Shown: in pieces, positions 33,443-42,830 of the stretch
Layout of the letters: each line of letters opens with the position of its first letter
How positions within the stretch are numbered: the stretch's first letter is position 1
Source: Synergistota bacterium
Lineage (GTDB): Bacteria > Synergistota > GBS-1
Reading direction: 5' to 3'
DNA: 64,000 bases
Assembly (NCBI GenBank): GCA_021159885.1
Contig: JAGHDO010000057.1
Span: 1,418 to 65,417, forward strand
Program-made: the position numbers and the translations under genes
The notes under the pieces: generated by a model
What the model saw: only the letters and a program-made list of their open reading frames with translations
Told to the model about the DNA's origin: nothing
Database searches by the model: none

Positions 33443-34423
33443 TCAAATCATGTGGCAAGCTACGAGATGACCATCGCTTACTCTTTTAAGGCTGGGTTCC
33501 TTTCTCCCACATATTTCCTTTGCTAAAGGACATCTCGTGTGGAATCTGCAACCGGGTGGGGGATTCATAGGACTTGGGACATCTCCTCTGATAATCTTTT
33601 CCTCTACGCTTTCCCTCGTAATAGCGGGTTTGGGTATGCTTTTTAAAAGAGCCTGTGTGTAAGGATGAAGGGGATTTTCAAAAAGGGTCTTCTTGGGAGC
33701 ATATTCAACTATTTTCCCAAGATACATTACTGCTATTTTATGACTCATGTGTCTGATAACGCTCAGGTCATGGGAGATAAATAAATAGGATAGCTTTCTA
33801 TCTATTTGAAGCTTCTTAAGAAGGTTCAGTATTTGAGCTTGAACGGAAACATCAAGAGCAGATGTCGGTTCGTCTAACACAATAAATTCAGGGTTACAGA
33901 TAAGAGCTCTTGCTATTGCTATTCTTTGACGCTGTCCTCCCGAAAACTCATGAGGGTATCGGGAAAGGTGCTCTTCCTTTAAGCCTACTTCCTCAAGAAG
34001 CTCTAATACTTTCTTCTCCATATCTCTGTCATTCTTTGCCAAACCGTGAACCTTAAGTGGCCTTCCAACTATATCCTTAACTATCATTCGTGGGTTGAGC
34101 GAGGAGAACGGGTCCTGAAATACTATTTGAGCCTTCTGTCGGAAAATCTTCAGCTCTTCGCCCGTTAGCTTTGATAATTCCTTTCCTTTGAATTCGATGC
34201 TTCCGCTTGTTGGGTTAAGGAGGCCTATTACGAGAAGGCCAGTGGTGGATTTTCCACTTCCTGATTCGCCAACGAGCCCCAGCGTTTCTCCCTGTTCTAT
34301 GGAAAAGGAGATGCCGTCTACCGCTCTCACATAGCCAACTATTTTGCTAAAAATTATCCCTTTATCTATTGGGAAGTGCTTCACCAAATTATCTACCCTT
34401 AATATCGTATTCATGGCAGGCAA
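33443..34423 (-). CDS. Peptide ABC transporter ATP-binding protein (DppF/OppF-like)
   Basis: The 326-aa ORF has a Walker A motif (GESGSGKST), the ABC signature LSGGQRQR and an Opp C-terminal extension. Confidence 0.9.
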   Translation of the reverse strand: MPAMNTILRVDNLVKHFPIDKGIIFSKIVGYVRAVDGISFSIEQGETLGLVGESGSGKSTTGLLVIGLLNPTSGSIEFKGKELSKLTGEELKIFRQKAQIVFQDPFSSLNPRMIVKDIVGRPLKVHGLAKNDRDMEKKVLELLEEVGLKEEHLSRYPHEFSGGQRQRIAIARALICNPEFIVLDEPTSALDVSVQAQILNLLKKLQIDRKLSYLFISHDLSVIRHMSHKIAVMYLGKIVEYAPKKTLFENPLHPYTQALLKSIPKPAITRESVEEKIIRGDVPSPMNPPPGCRFHTRCPLAKEICGRKEPSLKRVSDGHLVACHMI

Positions 34424-35369
34424 CTGTGTGTCCCCTTTCTACCTCAATAGGTTTTGGTTTTACCTTTTTGCATATATCCTTTGCAAGGGAACATCTGGGG
34501 TGAAACCTACATCCTGGCGGGGGATAGATCAGGTTGGGAACCGAGCCCGGAATGACTTCTAACCACTCCCTATCTTCATCCAAGCGGGGGATAGCGCCTA
34601 AGAGACCCTTGGTATAAGGGTGGAGGGGATTGTTGAATATGTCTTCTATGCTTCCGTACTCTACGATACTTCCAGCGTACATAACGCCCACTTTCTGGGC
34701 CATCGTAGCTATAACCCCAAGGTCATGGGATATTAGAAGAACGCTCGTTGAAAACTCTCTTTGAAGTCCCTTTATAAGTGAAAGTATTTGGGCTTGTATG
34801 GATACATCAAGAGCTGTAGTTGGCTCATCCGCTATAAGAAGCTTAGGACTCATTGAAAGCGCCATTGCTGTCATTACTCTTTGTCTCATGCCTCCGGAGA
34901 ACTGATGAGGATATCGTTCTATAGCTTGATCCACGTCTGGAATATTTACTTTTCTGAACATTTCTTTAACCCGGGCGATTCCCTCCTGAATTGAGATCTT
35001 AGCATGGGTTAAGATGGCTTCCAACACTTGGAAGCCCACTCTCAGGACGGGGTTAAGGCTGCTCATCGGATCCTGAAAGATCATGGCTATCTCTTTCCCT
35101 CTGAGCTTTCTCATTTCCTCCTCTGAAAGCTTGAGCAGGTCTTTACCTTCAAATAATATTCTTCCACCTATTATCTTTCCTGGAGGTGAGGGAATTAATC
35201 TTATTATGGATCTTGCGGTGACGGATTTGCCACACCCCGTCTCACCGACGAGTCCCATGATCTCTCCTCGGTTTATGGAGAAGCTAACGCCTTCAAGCGC
35301 TTTCACGACACCTTCTTCAGTATAAAAATATGTGGTGAGATTTTCCACTCTCAAGACTTCATCGCTCAT
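34389..35369 (-). CDS. Peptide ABC transporter ATP-binding protein (DppD/OppD-like)
   Basis: The 326-aa ORF has Walker A GETGCGKS and the signature FSGGMRQR. Confidence 0.9.
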   Translation of the reverse strand: MSDEVLRVENLTTYFYTEEGVVKALEGVSFSINRGEIMGLVGETGCGKSVTARSIIRLIPSPPGKIIGGRILFEGKDLLKLSEEEMRKLRGKEIAMIFQDPMSSLNPVLRVGFQVLEAILTHAKISIQEGIARVKEMFRKVNIPDVDQAIERYPHQFSGGMRQRVMTAMALSMSPKLLIADEPTTALDVSIQAQILSLIKGLQREFSTSVLLISHDLGVIATMAQKVGVMYAGSIVEYGSIEDIFNNPLHPYTKGLLGAIPRLDEDREWLEVIPGSVPNLIYPPPGCRFHPRCSLAKDICKKVKPKPIEVERGHTVACHEYDIKGR

Positions 35370-35376
35370 TTTTATA

Positions 35377-36228
35377 TCATTCCTTTAATCTCGGATTGAG
35401 GGCATCTTGGAGCCCATCTCCGAGAAGGTTAAATCCCAAAACGACAAACATTATTGCAAGTCCTGGGAGGACCGCTACTCTCGGAGCTATTCTAAGGTAC
35501 ATTCGTGCGTTGCTTAACATGGCACCCCATTCAGGCGTGGGGGGTTGGACTCCTAAACCGAGGAATCCCAATCCAGCTGCTGTTAAGAGAATGGTTGCCA
35601 TCCTGAGCGTTGTTTGAACTATTATAGGAGAGAGGGCATTGGGGAGAACATATAATCCTATTATAGAAAGATCGCTTTCTCCTATTGCCTTAGCTGCTTT
35701 TATATATTCGTTTTCCTTTATAGCTATAACTGCTCCTCTTGTAATCCTTGCAAATTGAGGGACAGAGTAGATTCCTATCGCTATTATTAGGTTTTTTAAG
35801 CTTGGGCCAAGAATACTTATTATCGCAAGTGCGAGAAGCATTCCGGGGAAAGCCAAAAGAATATCCATAAATCTCATTATGACTTCATCAAGCTTACCAC
35901 CATAGTATCCACCGATAGCTCCTAAGGCTACTCCTATTATCAGAGCTATAACTATTGAGCCAAGCTGGATGATAAGTGATATACGAGATCCATAAATTAT
36001 TCTGCTTAGGAGGTCTCTTCCAAACTCGTCGCAGCCGAAAGGATGCTCCCATGAAATTGGAGCAAAGCTCTTGCTTAGATCCTGCTTATAGGGGTCATAT
36101 GGCGCTATGTAGGGGCCTAATAGAGCCGTAAGGAGATAAAGCAATACTATAAAAAATCCCACGATCGCTATTTTATTTCTCTTGAATCTACGCCATACTA
36201 TCAAAAGATGCGTTCTGCGCTTATTCAT
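35377..36228 (-). CDS. Peptide ABC transporter permease (DppC-like)
   Basis: The 283-aa ORF is a BPD_transp_1 permease. Confidence 0.88.
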   Translation of the reverse strand: MNKRRTHLLIVWRRFKRNKIAIVGFFIVLLYLLTALLGPYIAPYDPYKQDLSKSFAPISWEHPFGCDEFGRDLLSRIIYGSRISLIIQLGSIVIALIIGVALGAIGGYYGGKLDEVIMRFMDILLAFPGMLLALAIISILGPSLKNLIIAIGIYSVPQFARITRGAVIAIKENEYIKAAKAIGESDLSIIGLYVLPNALSPIIVQTTLRMATILLTAAGLGFLGLGVQPPTPEWGAMLSNARMYLRIAPRVAVLPGLAIMFVVLGFNLLGDGLQDALNPRLKE

Positions 36229-37138
36229 ATCTTATCCTCGGATCAAGGAATGCATAAAGTATATCAACGGCTAAATTTACCAGAACGAAAATCATGGCTA
36301 TTATAAGTAAAGAGGCTTGAACCACTGGGAAGTCCCTTGCCAATATAGAATCTACCAGAAGCCTTCCTACGCCGGGCCAGGAGAAAACTGTTTCAGTTAG
36401 AACCGCTCCTGCAAGCATATATCCAAATTGCAGTCCAACTACCGTTACCGTCGGTATCAGAGCGTTTCTTAAAGCGTGTCGATATATAACTATCCTCTCT
36501 GGAAGTCCCTTTGCCCTTGCAGTGGTTATATAGTCTTGTCTCAAGACATCTAACATGCTTGATCGTGTCATGCGAGCTATTATGGCTGTGGACGCCGTTC
36601 CCAGAACGACGGCAGGTAGTATTATATGTCTGATACCGCCTATTCCTCCAGAGGGAAGTACTCCCAGCGTTACGGCAAAAAGGAGTATGAGTATAAGTCC
36701 CCACCAGAAAACTGGCATGGAAACGCCCATAAGGGCAGCTACCATACTTATATAATCTATCCAGGAATATCTATGGGTAGCGGAGAGAACCCCCGCTGGT
36801 ATACCTATTAGCACCGCTATTAGAATGCTTGCTAAGGAGAGCTTTATAGTATTTATAATTCTGGGCCACATTACTTGCATGACCGGCATCTCGAATTTAA
36901 GTGAGATGAGCTCTCCAGTGAAGATTCCCTTGATGAATCTAAAGTATTGAACGTAAAGAGGTTTATCCAACCCAAATTGCTGCCTTATGTGCATTATGTC
37001 CTCCTGTGTGGCTTCCTCTCCCGCGAGAAGCTCAGCAGGATCCCCGGGAGCCAGATGGAGTATGAGAAAGGCTATTATGGAAACGCCTATTAGAACGGGT
37101 ATTAGCAGGAAGAGCCTTCTTAATATGAATCTTCCCAT
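36221..37138 (-). CDS. Peptide ABC transporter permease (DppB-like)
   Basis: The 305-aa ORF is a permease with the conserved EAA-like loop. Confidence 0.88.
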   Translation of the reverse strand: MGRFILRRLFLLIPVLIGVSIIAFLILHLAPGDPAELLAGEEATQEDIMHIRQQFGLDKPLYVQYFRFIKGIFTGELISLKFEMPVMQVMWPRIINTIKLSLASILIAVLIGIPAGVLSATHRYSWIDYISMVAALMGVSMPVFWWGLILILLFAVTLGVLPSGGIGGIRHIILPAVVLGTASTAIIARMTRSSMLDVLRQDYITTARAKGLPERIVIYRHALRNALIPTVTVVGLQFGYMLAGAVLTETVFSWPGVGRLLVDSILARDFPVVQASLLIIAMIFVLVNLAVDILYAFLDPRIRYE

Positions 37139-37151
37139 AAGATCACTCCTC

Positions 37152-38315
37152 CTATGGCAGTAGCAAAGCTATAGTTGCATTTATTCCCATACCTATTTTA
37201 AGAGCTTCCTCATTTGGAGCGAATTTTGAGTTATGGAGTGGATAGCTTGGTCCTACTCCTATTCTATAGAAGGATCCTTTAGTTTTCCTGAGATAGTAGG
37301 CGAAGTCCTCTCCTCCCATCGAGGGATGCTCTATCTCTATAACATTTTCGTCTCCTAAGAAAATTTTTCCGGCTTGGGTAACCTTATCTGTTATCTCTGG
37401 ATCATTTATTACGGAGGGATAACCAAGCTCTATCTCAACCTGCGCTTTTGCTCTAAAGGTAGATGCTATTCCCTCGGCTACGCTTTTTAAGCGGTTTAAA
37501 GCCTTTTCTCTGTTTCTCTCCCCAAGCGTTCTAATGGTGCCTTCCATTATAGCTTCGCTTGGGATTACGTTCCCTGCTTTGCCTGCTCTGATGGATCCCA
37601 CGGTTATAACCGTGGGATCCATGGGGGATATTTCTCTTGCGAGAAGGGTATAAAGGCCAAGCGTTATATGAGAGGAAACAGCTACGGGATCGATTGTTTC
37701 CTCGGGCCTTGCACCGTGTCCTCCCGCTCCTTGAATGATTATTCTGAATGAGTCGGCGTTTGCCGTCATTACTCCTTTCCTATAACCGATTTTTCCGAAG
37801 GGGATGTTGGGGAAGAGATGCTGTCCGATGATGTATTCTATTCCAAACTTCTCTATTAAGCCGGCTTCAGTGAGTATTTTTCCTCCAAAGCCTCCTTCTT
37901 CTCCTGGTTGAAATACCAGAACGACTTTTCCCTTAAGGCTCTCCTTAAGCTCGCTTAGTATATACGCAAGTCCTATCAAAATCGCGGTGTGAAAATCATG
38001 TCCGCAGGCATGCATTACTCCATCTATCTTCGAACTATAGGGGAGCCCTGTTTCTTCCTTTATAGGTAGTGCGTCCATGTCTGCTCTGAATGCTCTTGTT
38101 GGACCATCTTTCTTTCCCTCAAGAATGCCTATTACAGCGGTAGTATCAGCGAAGCTGGATAGAGTTTGCCAACCGACTTTTTGAAGCTCTGAGGCTACAA
38201 TCTTTGAGGTTTCATACTCCTGAAGCCGTAGCTCTGGGTGTTCATGTATCTTTCTTCTCACTTCTACCACGTGGGGATAGATTTCATCGATCTTTTCTTT
38301 TATCCTTTCCATCAT
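37152..38315 (-). CDS. M20D-family amidohydrolase (N-acyl-amino-acid amidohydrolase/hippuricase-like)
   Basis: The 387-aa ORF has the HACGHD metal-binding motif. Confidence 0.85.
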   Translation of the reverse strand: MMERIKEKIDEIYPHVVEVRRKIHEHPELRLQEYETSKIVASELQKVGWQTLSSFADTTAVIGILEGKKDGPTRAFRADMDALPIKEETGLPYSSKIDGVMHACGHDFHTAILIGLAYILSELKESLKGKVVLVFQPGEEGGFGGKILTEAGLIEKFGIEYIIGQHLFPNIPFGKIGYRKGVMTANADSFRIIIQGAGGHGARPEETIDPVAVSSHITLGLYTLLAREISPMDPTVITVGSIRAGKAGNVIPSEAIMEGTIRTLGERNREKALNRLKSVAEGIASTFRAKAQVEIELGYPSVINDPEITDKVTQAGKIFLGDENVIEIEHPSMGGEDFAYYLRKTKGSFYRIGVGPSYPLHNSKFAPNEEALKIGMGINATIALLLP

Positions 38316-38386
38316 AACATATGATATTATATAGCCTTGATAAAAATATTGTCAACCGCCTAAAGGTAGATCGGAATTAGAGGGGA

Positions 38387-38884
38387 TTAGCTACTTTTTA
38401 CGAATCTGCCGTCGTCCTTGACTTCTGGGAGCTTGTGAACGTTTTCTTCTAACCAACCTGCTCTTTCGACTGCTCTGATATCAAACTCTGGTACGTATGG
38501 TTTTATATCAAGTAGAGGAGTTCCATCAACGATGTCAACGTCTTCAACCTGGAGCACGTTTCCGTTAAAATCAACGAGCTTTACTATTGAGAGACCAATG
38601 GGGTTTGGCCTACTGGGAGCACGGGTGGCGAAGACACCGTGCTCTTTATCGTCCATATATGGTTTGACGAGGAGCTTTCCGCGCTTTGCAAGATGGAAAT
38701 GGTAGATTAAGATGATATGTGAAAATCCCTCAAGATCCTTCAATCCAGCTGCATATTCGGGAAAGACCTCAACGGTTCCCCTGATTCCCTTTGCTGCAGA
38801 AGGTTGTATTGGAACGCCTTTGGGTTTCCTAAAGGGGCTATGTATTATGCCGATCGGCTTATAGTAAATCTCCATACATATCAC
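38387..38884 (-). CDS. TsaA/YaeB (TrmO)-family methyltransferase, second paralog
   Basis: The 165-aa ORF has RPNPIG and LDIKPY motifs. Confidence 0.75.
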   Translation of the reverse strand: MICMEIYYKPIGIIHSPFRKPKGVPIQPSAAKGIRGTVEVFPEYAAGLKDLEGFSHIILIYHFHLAKRGKLLVKPYMDDKEHGVFATRAPSRPNPIGLSIVKLVDFNGNVLQVEDVDIVDGTPLLDIKPYVPEFDIRAVERAGWLEENVHKLPEVKDDGRFVKSS

Positions 38885-38970
38885 CAGCCTTCCTTAGTAA
38901 GCTGTTCTGGATCCCCCTTTGGAAAGGTTAGCTTTTTTCTCATAATTTGTCAAATTGATTTAGTTTGCGA

Positions 38971-39012
38971 CATAAAAAAATAGGGAAGGCTTTAAAACCT
39001 TCCCTATTTTTT
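38971..39012 (-). terminator. Rho-independent terminator downstream of the tRNA-Gln/tRNA-Glu pair
   Basis: A hairpin atagggaagg-ctttaaaa-ccttccctat is flanked by aaaaaaa (U-tract on the minus strand) and ttttt. Confidence 0.65.
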
Positions 39013-39021
39013 ATCTTTTTA

Positions 39022-39097
39022 TGGCAGCCCCTGCGGGATTTGAACCCGCGTCGTCGGACTGAGAACCCGACATCCTAGGCCGCTAGACGAAGGGGCC
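39022..39097 (-). tRNA. tRNA-Glu (anticodon CUC)
   Basis: Reverse complement GGCCCCTTCGTCTAGCGGCCTAGGAT-GTCGGGTTCTCAGTCCGAC...GGGTTCAAATCCCGCAGGGGCTGCCA folds as a cloverleaf. The anticodon loop TTCTCAG gives CTC, and CCA is encoded. Confidence 0.85.
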
Positions 39098-39117
39098 ACC
39101 TCATTAGCTTTATTATA

Positions 39118-39192
39118 TGGCTGGGGAAGGAGGACTCGAACCTCCACGCCGGGATCCAGAGTCCCGTGTCCTGCCACTTAGACGATTCCCCA
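39118..39192 (-). tRNA. tRNA-Gln (anticodon CUG)
   Basis: Reverse complement TGGGGAATCGTCTAAGTGGCAGGACACGGGACTCTGGATCCCGGCGTGGAGGTTCGAGTCCTCCTTCCCCAGCCA. It has a U1-A72 pair, a G73 discriminator and anticodon loop CTCTGGA. Its acceptor arm and 3' end resemble E. coli tRNA-Gln. Confidence 0.85.
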
Positions 39193-40461
39193 GCGCCTTA
39201 TTCTTTCAATCGTTCTTTTCTTACCAAGAACTTCCATTACCTCAAATAGGGGAGGTGTTACCTTCTTTCCGCTAATTGCTACTCTTATAGCTTGGGCGAT
39301 ATACTTTAGCTTAATGCCCTTCTTCTCGGCGAAAGCTCGTAAACAAACCTCTATATTTTTAGCTTCAAAAGATTTTATACTTTCTAATTCCTCTGCTACC
39401 TCCCTCAGGAGATCTTCCTTACCTCTGATCTCCTGCTCCACGAGCATTTTATCATAAGTCGGTTCCTTTTTCAAGAAGTAATCGCTAAAATCAGCAAGCT
39501 CTACTAAGGTTTTGCATCTTTCTTTTATCAAATCTATTATCTTCATAAGATAACCCTTATCGAGCTCTTCATCTTTGCTGATCCATCCTCTTTCTTCCCA
39601 GAATGGCAGAACAAGATCGTAAAGCTTATCAGCTGGGGTTTTCCTTATATATTGTGCGTTCATCCATTCGAGCTTTTTCATATCGAATACAGCTCCTCTT
39701 TTTATGACCCTTTCTAAGGAGAATAACTCTATAAGTTCTTCTCGCGAGAAAATTTCTCTATCTAATCCCGGATTCCATCCAAGCAAGGCAAGGTAATTAA
39801 AGAAAGCGTCCGATAGGAAACCAAGCTTTCTATATTCTGCCACAGAGGTAGCGCCATGTCTCTTGCTTAGCTTTGATTTATCAGGTCCAAGAATCATGGG
39901 AAGATGAGCAAATTGTGGGAGCTCCCATCCGAGAGCTTGGTATAAAAGGATCTGCTTGGGAGTATTGGCTATGTGATCTTCTCCTCTTATGACATGTGTT
40001 ACTCCCATTTCATGGTCATCTACTACGACAGCGAAGTTGTAAGTTGGAGTTCCATCGGATTTTATCATTACGATGTCCTTAAGTGTTTCGTTCTTGATGG
40101 TGATCTTTCCCCAGACTATATCATCCAGTGTGGTTTTGCCTTCTGGAATTTTGAATATTAGTGCGCCATTTTCCTCGTAGCCCTTTCCCTCAGAGACGAG
40201 TTTTTCCGCATATTTTCTGTATATATCCAGCCTTTCACTTTGCCTATGAGGGCCCTCATCCCAGGTAAGCCCAAGCCAGGTCAAGCCCTCCAAAATGGTT
40301 TCTTCCGCTTCTTTTGTTGATCTTAGTCTATCACTATCCTCTATACGCAAAATAAAAATGCCCTTTTTATTTCGGGCGAATAGCCAATTAAAGAGAGCCG
40401 TTCTCGCTCCTCCGACATGAAGGGCCCCCGTGGGGCTGGGAGCGAACCTGACTCTGACCAC
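39178..40461 (-). CDS. gltX: Glutamate--tRNA ligase
   Basis: The 427-aa ORF has HIGH-type (SPTGALHVGGARTA) and KMSKS-type (KLSKRHG) motifs. Its stop lies ~15 nt inside the predicted tRNA-Gln 5' end. Confidence 0.9.
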   Translation of the reverse strand: MVRVRFAPSPTGALHVGGARTALFNWLFARNKKGIFILRIEDSDRLRSTKEAEETILEGLTWLGLTWDEGPHRQSERLDIYRKYAEKLVSEGKGYEENGALIFKIPEGKTTLDDIVWGKITIKNETLKDIVMIKSDGTPTYNFAVVVDDHEMGVTHVIRGEDHIANTPKQILLYQALGWELPQFAHLPMILGPDKSKLSKRHGATSVAEYRKLGFLSDAFFNYLALLGWNPGLDREIFSREELIELFSLERVIKRGAVFDMKKLEWMNAQYIRKTPADKLYDLVLPFWEERGWISKDEELDKGYLMKIIDLIKERCKTLVELADFSDYFLKKEPTYDKMLVEQEIRGKEDLLREVAEELESIKSFEAKNIEVCLRAFAEKKGIKLKYIAQAIRVAISGKKVTPPLFEVMEVLGKKRTIERIRRWGIV

Positions 40462-40463
40462 CT

Positions 40464-40805
40464 TTATTTCCTCCCCGCTTTGCTCAGCTTTTTCTCACAC
40501 TCTATACATCTTTCAGCAAATGGAACAACTTCTAATCTCTCCTCGCTTATCTCTCTTCCACAATCAACGCATAAGCCATAGGTTCCCTTTTCAAACCTTT
40601 TTAAGGCTCTTTCAACTCTCTTTAACGTTTTTTCCGCTTCTTCCTTCTCTCTGAAGAGCGAATCCATCTCATTCATGTAGTTTGCTACATCTACTTCTTC
40701 TGAACCTATGTCTCGAGGTCCTTCCTTTTCTATTGCCTTAATTCTCTTAGTGAGCGTTTCTTTCATCTCCTCAAGACGTTTCTTAAAGCGAGATAGATCC
40801 CTCAT
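40464..40805 (-). CDS. DksA/TraR-family C4 zinc-finger protein
   Basis: The 113-aa ORF has a coiled-coil N-terminus and a C-terminal CxxC...CxxC (CVDCGREI...CIECEKK). Confidence 0.8.
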   Translation of the reverse strand: MRDLSRFKKRLEEMKETLTKRIKAIEKEGPRDIGSEEVDVANYMNEMDSLFREKEEAEKTLKRVERALKRFEKGTYGLCVDCGREISEERLEVVPFAERCIECEKKLSKAGRK

Positions 40806-40904
40806 TTTTTCACCCCTTATCTTTTAAAGACTTTTAAAGATTATAAAACCATCTTTATGATAAAATCAAGTCTGTGGAACGAAAATTTTAAGGAGGTTTT
40901 GTCT

Positions 40905-42188
40905 ATGTCCCTTAAGGGTATGGTTGAGAATATAGTGGGCACGGATAATGTGAGGGAGCTGGAAGGTGGAGGAGTGCTTGTTGAACCTGAAACGATAGAT
41001 GAGATCAGAAATATCATCAAAGTTGCAGCTGAGAAGGGTTATAAAATCTTTCCTCGCGGATCGGGAACGGATGTGGAAGGTAAGATTAATAGTGATATAG
41101 TACTTTCCACTTTAAAGTTACGAAAGATCCTCAGAGTGGATGAGACAAACATGCTTATTGAGGTTGAGGCAGGTACGATAGTAAGCGATCTTATCTCTGC
41201 TCTTGTTAAAGCGGATCTATTTCTTCCGTGTAGTCCAACGAGTGCTGGATTCTCTACGATAGGAGGAAGTATCGCTACTAACGCTGTTGGTTTAAGAGCC
41301 TTAAAACACAGGTTTATGGGAGGATATGTTGTTGGAATAGAGGTTGTGCTTCCAGATGGAGAAACGGCAGCCCTCGGGTATCGTGATCTGGGGCGAATGG
41401 CCTGTGGGATAGAGAAGCTCTTTGTGGGGACAAGAGGTGCTTTTGGAATTATTTCAAAGGTTTGTCTTAAGGTTGTTCGTAAACCCTTATTTATTAGAAC
41501 GTTAGTCATAGCTTTTGAGGATATCTTAAGCGCTGGGCGGGTCGCTCTTAATATTGTGTCTACTGGCATAATGCCGTTTAGCTTGGAACTCCTTGATTCG
41601 AATAGTCTTGATATTGTTGGAGGGAGCTTCGATTTTCCCCGGGGAAGTGGAGCTATCTTAATTGTTGAAACGGAGGGATTTCCAGATGCGGCTATAATGG
41701 ACGCTAAGAGAATTATGAAAATGGGCGAAGATGGTGGGGCTCTTTATCTTAAAGTCTTGGAGAATTTGGAAGAGTGGCACCACATATGGAAGCTCAGAAG
41801 AGGAATTTTCAGATCTGTAGTGTATTCCCAAACTCCTTTTTTGTTTGAGAACGTGGTCGTGCCACGTTCCTCTTTAATAAGCCTATGTGAGGGAATTATA
41901 GGTATTCTTCGTAAAACCGGAGCTAAGAGCACTGTTTTTGGACATATTGGGGATGGAAACTTGCATATCTGCTTTTTAGAAGGGAGCGCTGAGCAAATTT
42001 CTCAAGCTTCTAAGGAGCTTCACGCCTTAGTAAAGCGTCTTAATGGGACAGTGTTGAGAAGAAGAGGAAGGTTGATTGGAAGGGCGACCCTTTTGCAAGA
42101 TGACGATCGAGCGCAAATAATGAGACGTCTTAAAGACGCTTTGGATCCTAAGGGCGTTATAAGCTCTGAGCCTGTATTTATGTTATAA
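40905..42188 (+). CDS. FAD-linked oxidase (GlcD-family paralog)
   Basis: An FAD_binding_4 domain is present. Start is placed at ATG 40905, 8 nt after the AAGGAGG RBS; the ORF track starts further upstream at 40857 in the same frame. Confidence 0.75.
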   Translation: MSLKGMVENIVGTDNVRELEGGGVLVEPETIDEIRNIIKVAAEKGYKIFPRGSGTDVEGKINSDIVLSTLKLRKILRVDETNMLIEVEAGTIVSDLISALVKADLFLPCSPTSAGFSTIGGSIATNAVGLRALKHRFMGGYVVGIEVVLPDGETAALGYRDLGRMACGIEKLFVGTRGAFGIISKVCLKVVRKPLFIRTLVIAFEDILSAGRVALNIVSTGIMPFSLELLDSNSLDIVGGSFDFPRGSGAILIVETEGFPDAAIMDAKRIMKMGEDGGALYLKVLENLEEWHHIWKLRRGIFRSVVYSQTPFLFENVVVPRSSLISLCEGIIGILRKTGAKSTVFGHIGDGNLHICFLEGSAEQISQASKELHALVKRLNGTVLRRRGRLIGRATLLQDDDRAQIMRRLKDALDPKGVISSEPVFML

Positions 42189-42209
42189 TCCTTCTTGAGG
42201 TGATGCCAA

Positions 42210-42830
42210 ATGAAAAGGATAATTTTAATAGTTGTGTGCGTTTTACTGGTTGTATTTGCTGCTTTGCCTGCTATTGGACAGCAGACGGGCAGCTCATCGG
42301 ACATCGAAAAGCTCGTTACAGAGCGTTATTTCGAGGGAGCGTATAACTACTATCAGGAGGGGCAATATGATATGGCCATCAAATACTACAATATTGTCTT
42401 AAGCAGAGATCCAAACCATGCAAAGGCTCTTTATTGGCTTGCAAGGCTTTATCAGGAACTTGGTTTATTTAAGCAGGCACTTGCAACTTGGCAGAGATTG
42501 CTTGTGGTGCAGCCCGATAATAAAATAGCTAAGTATTTTGCGAAGAAATGCAAGGGAATAATAAAGCATGGTGAGGAAGCCTATGATACTTATGAGCGCG
42601 CTTACGATGTTTACTTGAGGGGGAATAAGGAAAGAGCGTTAAGACTTTATGAAAAAGTTTGTGCATTAAGTCCGACTTTTGAGAAGGCCTTCCTGTGGGC
42701 CGGTAGAGTTTCCTTCGAGCTGGGTTATTACGATAAGGCGGAGTGGTATTTACAGAGAGCGTTGAATCTCGATCCGAAGGACAAGATAGCCAAATATCTG
42801 CTTAATCAGGTGAGAAAAGCTAAAAAATGA
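42210..42830 (+). CDS. Secreted TPR-repeat protein
   Basis: The 206-aa ORF has a signal peptide (MKRIILIVVCVLLVVFAALPAIGQ) followed by three or four TPR-like repeats. Its stop overlaps the next gene's start (ATGA). Confidence 0.75.
   Translation: MKRIILIVVCVLLVVFAALPAIGQQTGSSSDIEKLVTERYFEGAYNYYQEGQYDMAIKYYNIVLSRDPNHAKALYWLARLYQELGLFKQALATWQRLLVVQPDNKIAKYFAKKCKGIIKHGEEAYDTYERAYDVYLRGNKERALRLYEKVCALSPTFEKAFLWAGRVSFELGYYDKAEWYLQRALNLDPKDKIAKYLLNQVRKAKK

Noticed and set aside
36393-36811. His/Cys-rich small ORFs (103, 66 and 61 aa) within dppB
   Set aside because: They lie antisense or out of frame to a well-supported permease gene. The unusual composition reflects translating membrane-protein codons in the wrong frame.
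40857-40904. N-terminal 16-aa extension of the FAD oxidase (ORF-track start 40857)
   Set aside because: A strong AAGGAGG RBS sits 8 nt upstream of ATG 40905. The upstream Met has no RBS and would add a non-conserved leader, so the shorter start is preferred.
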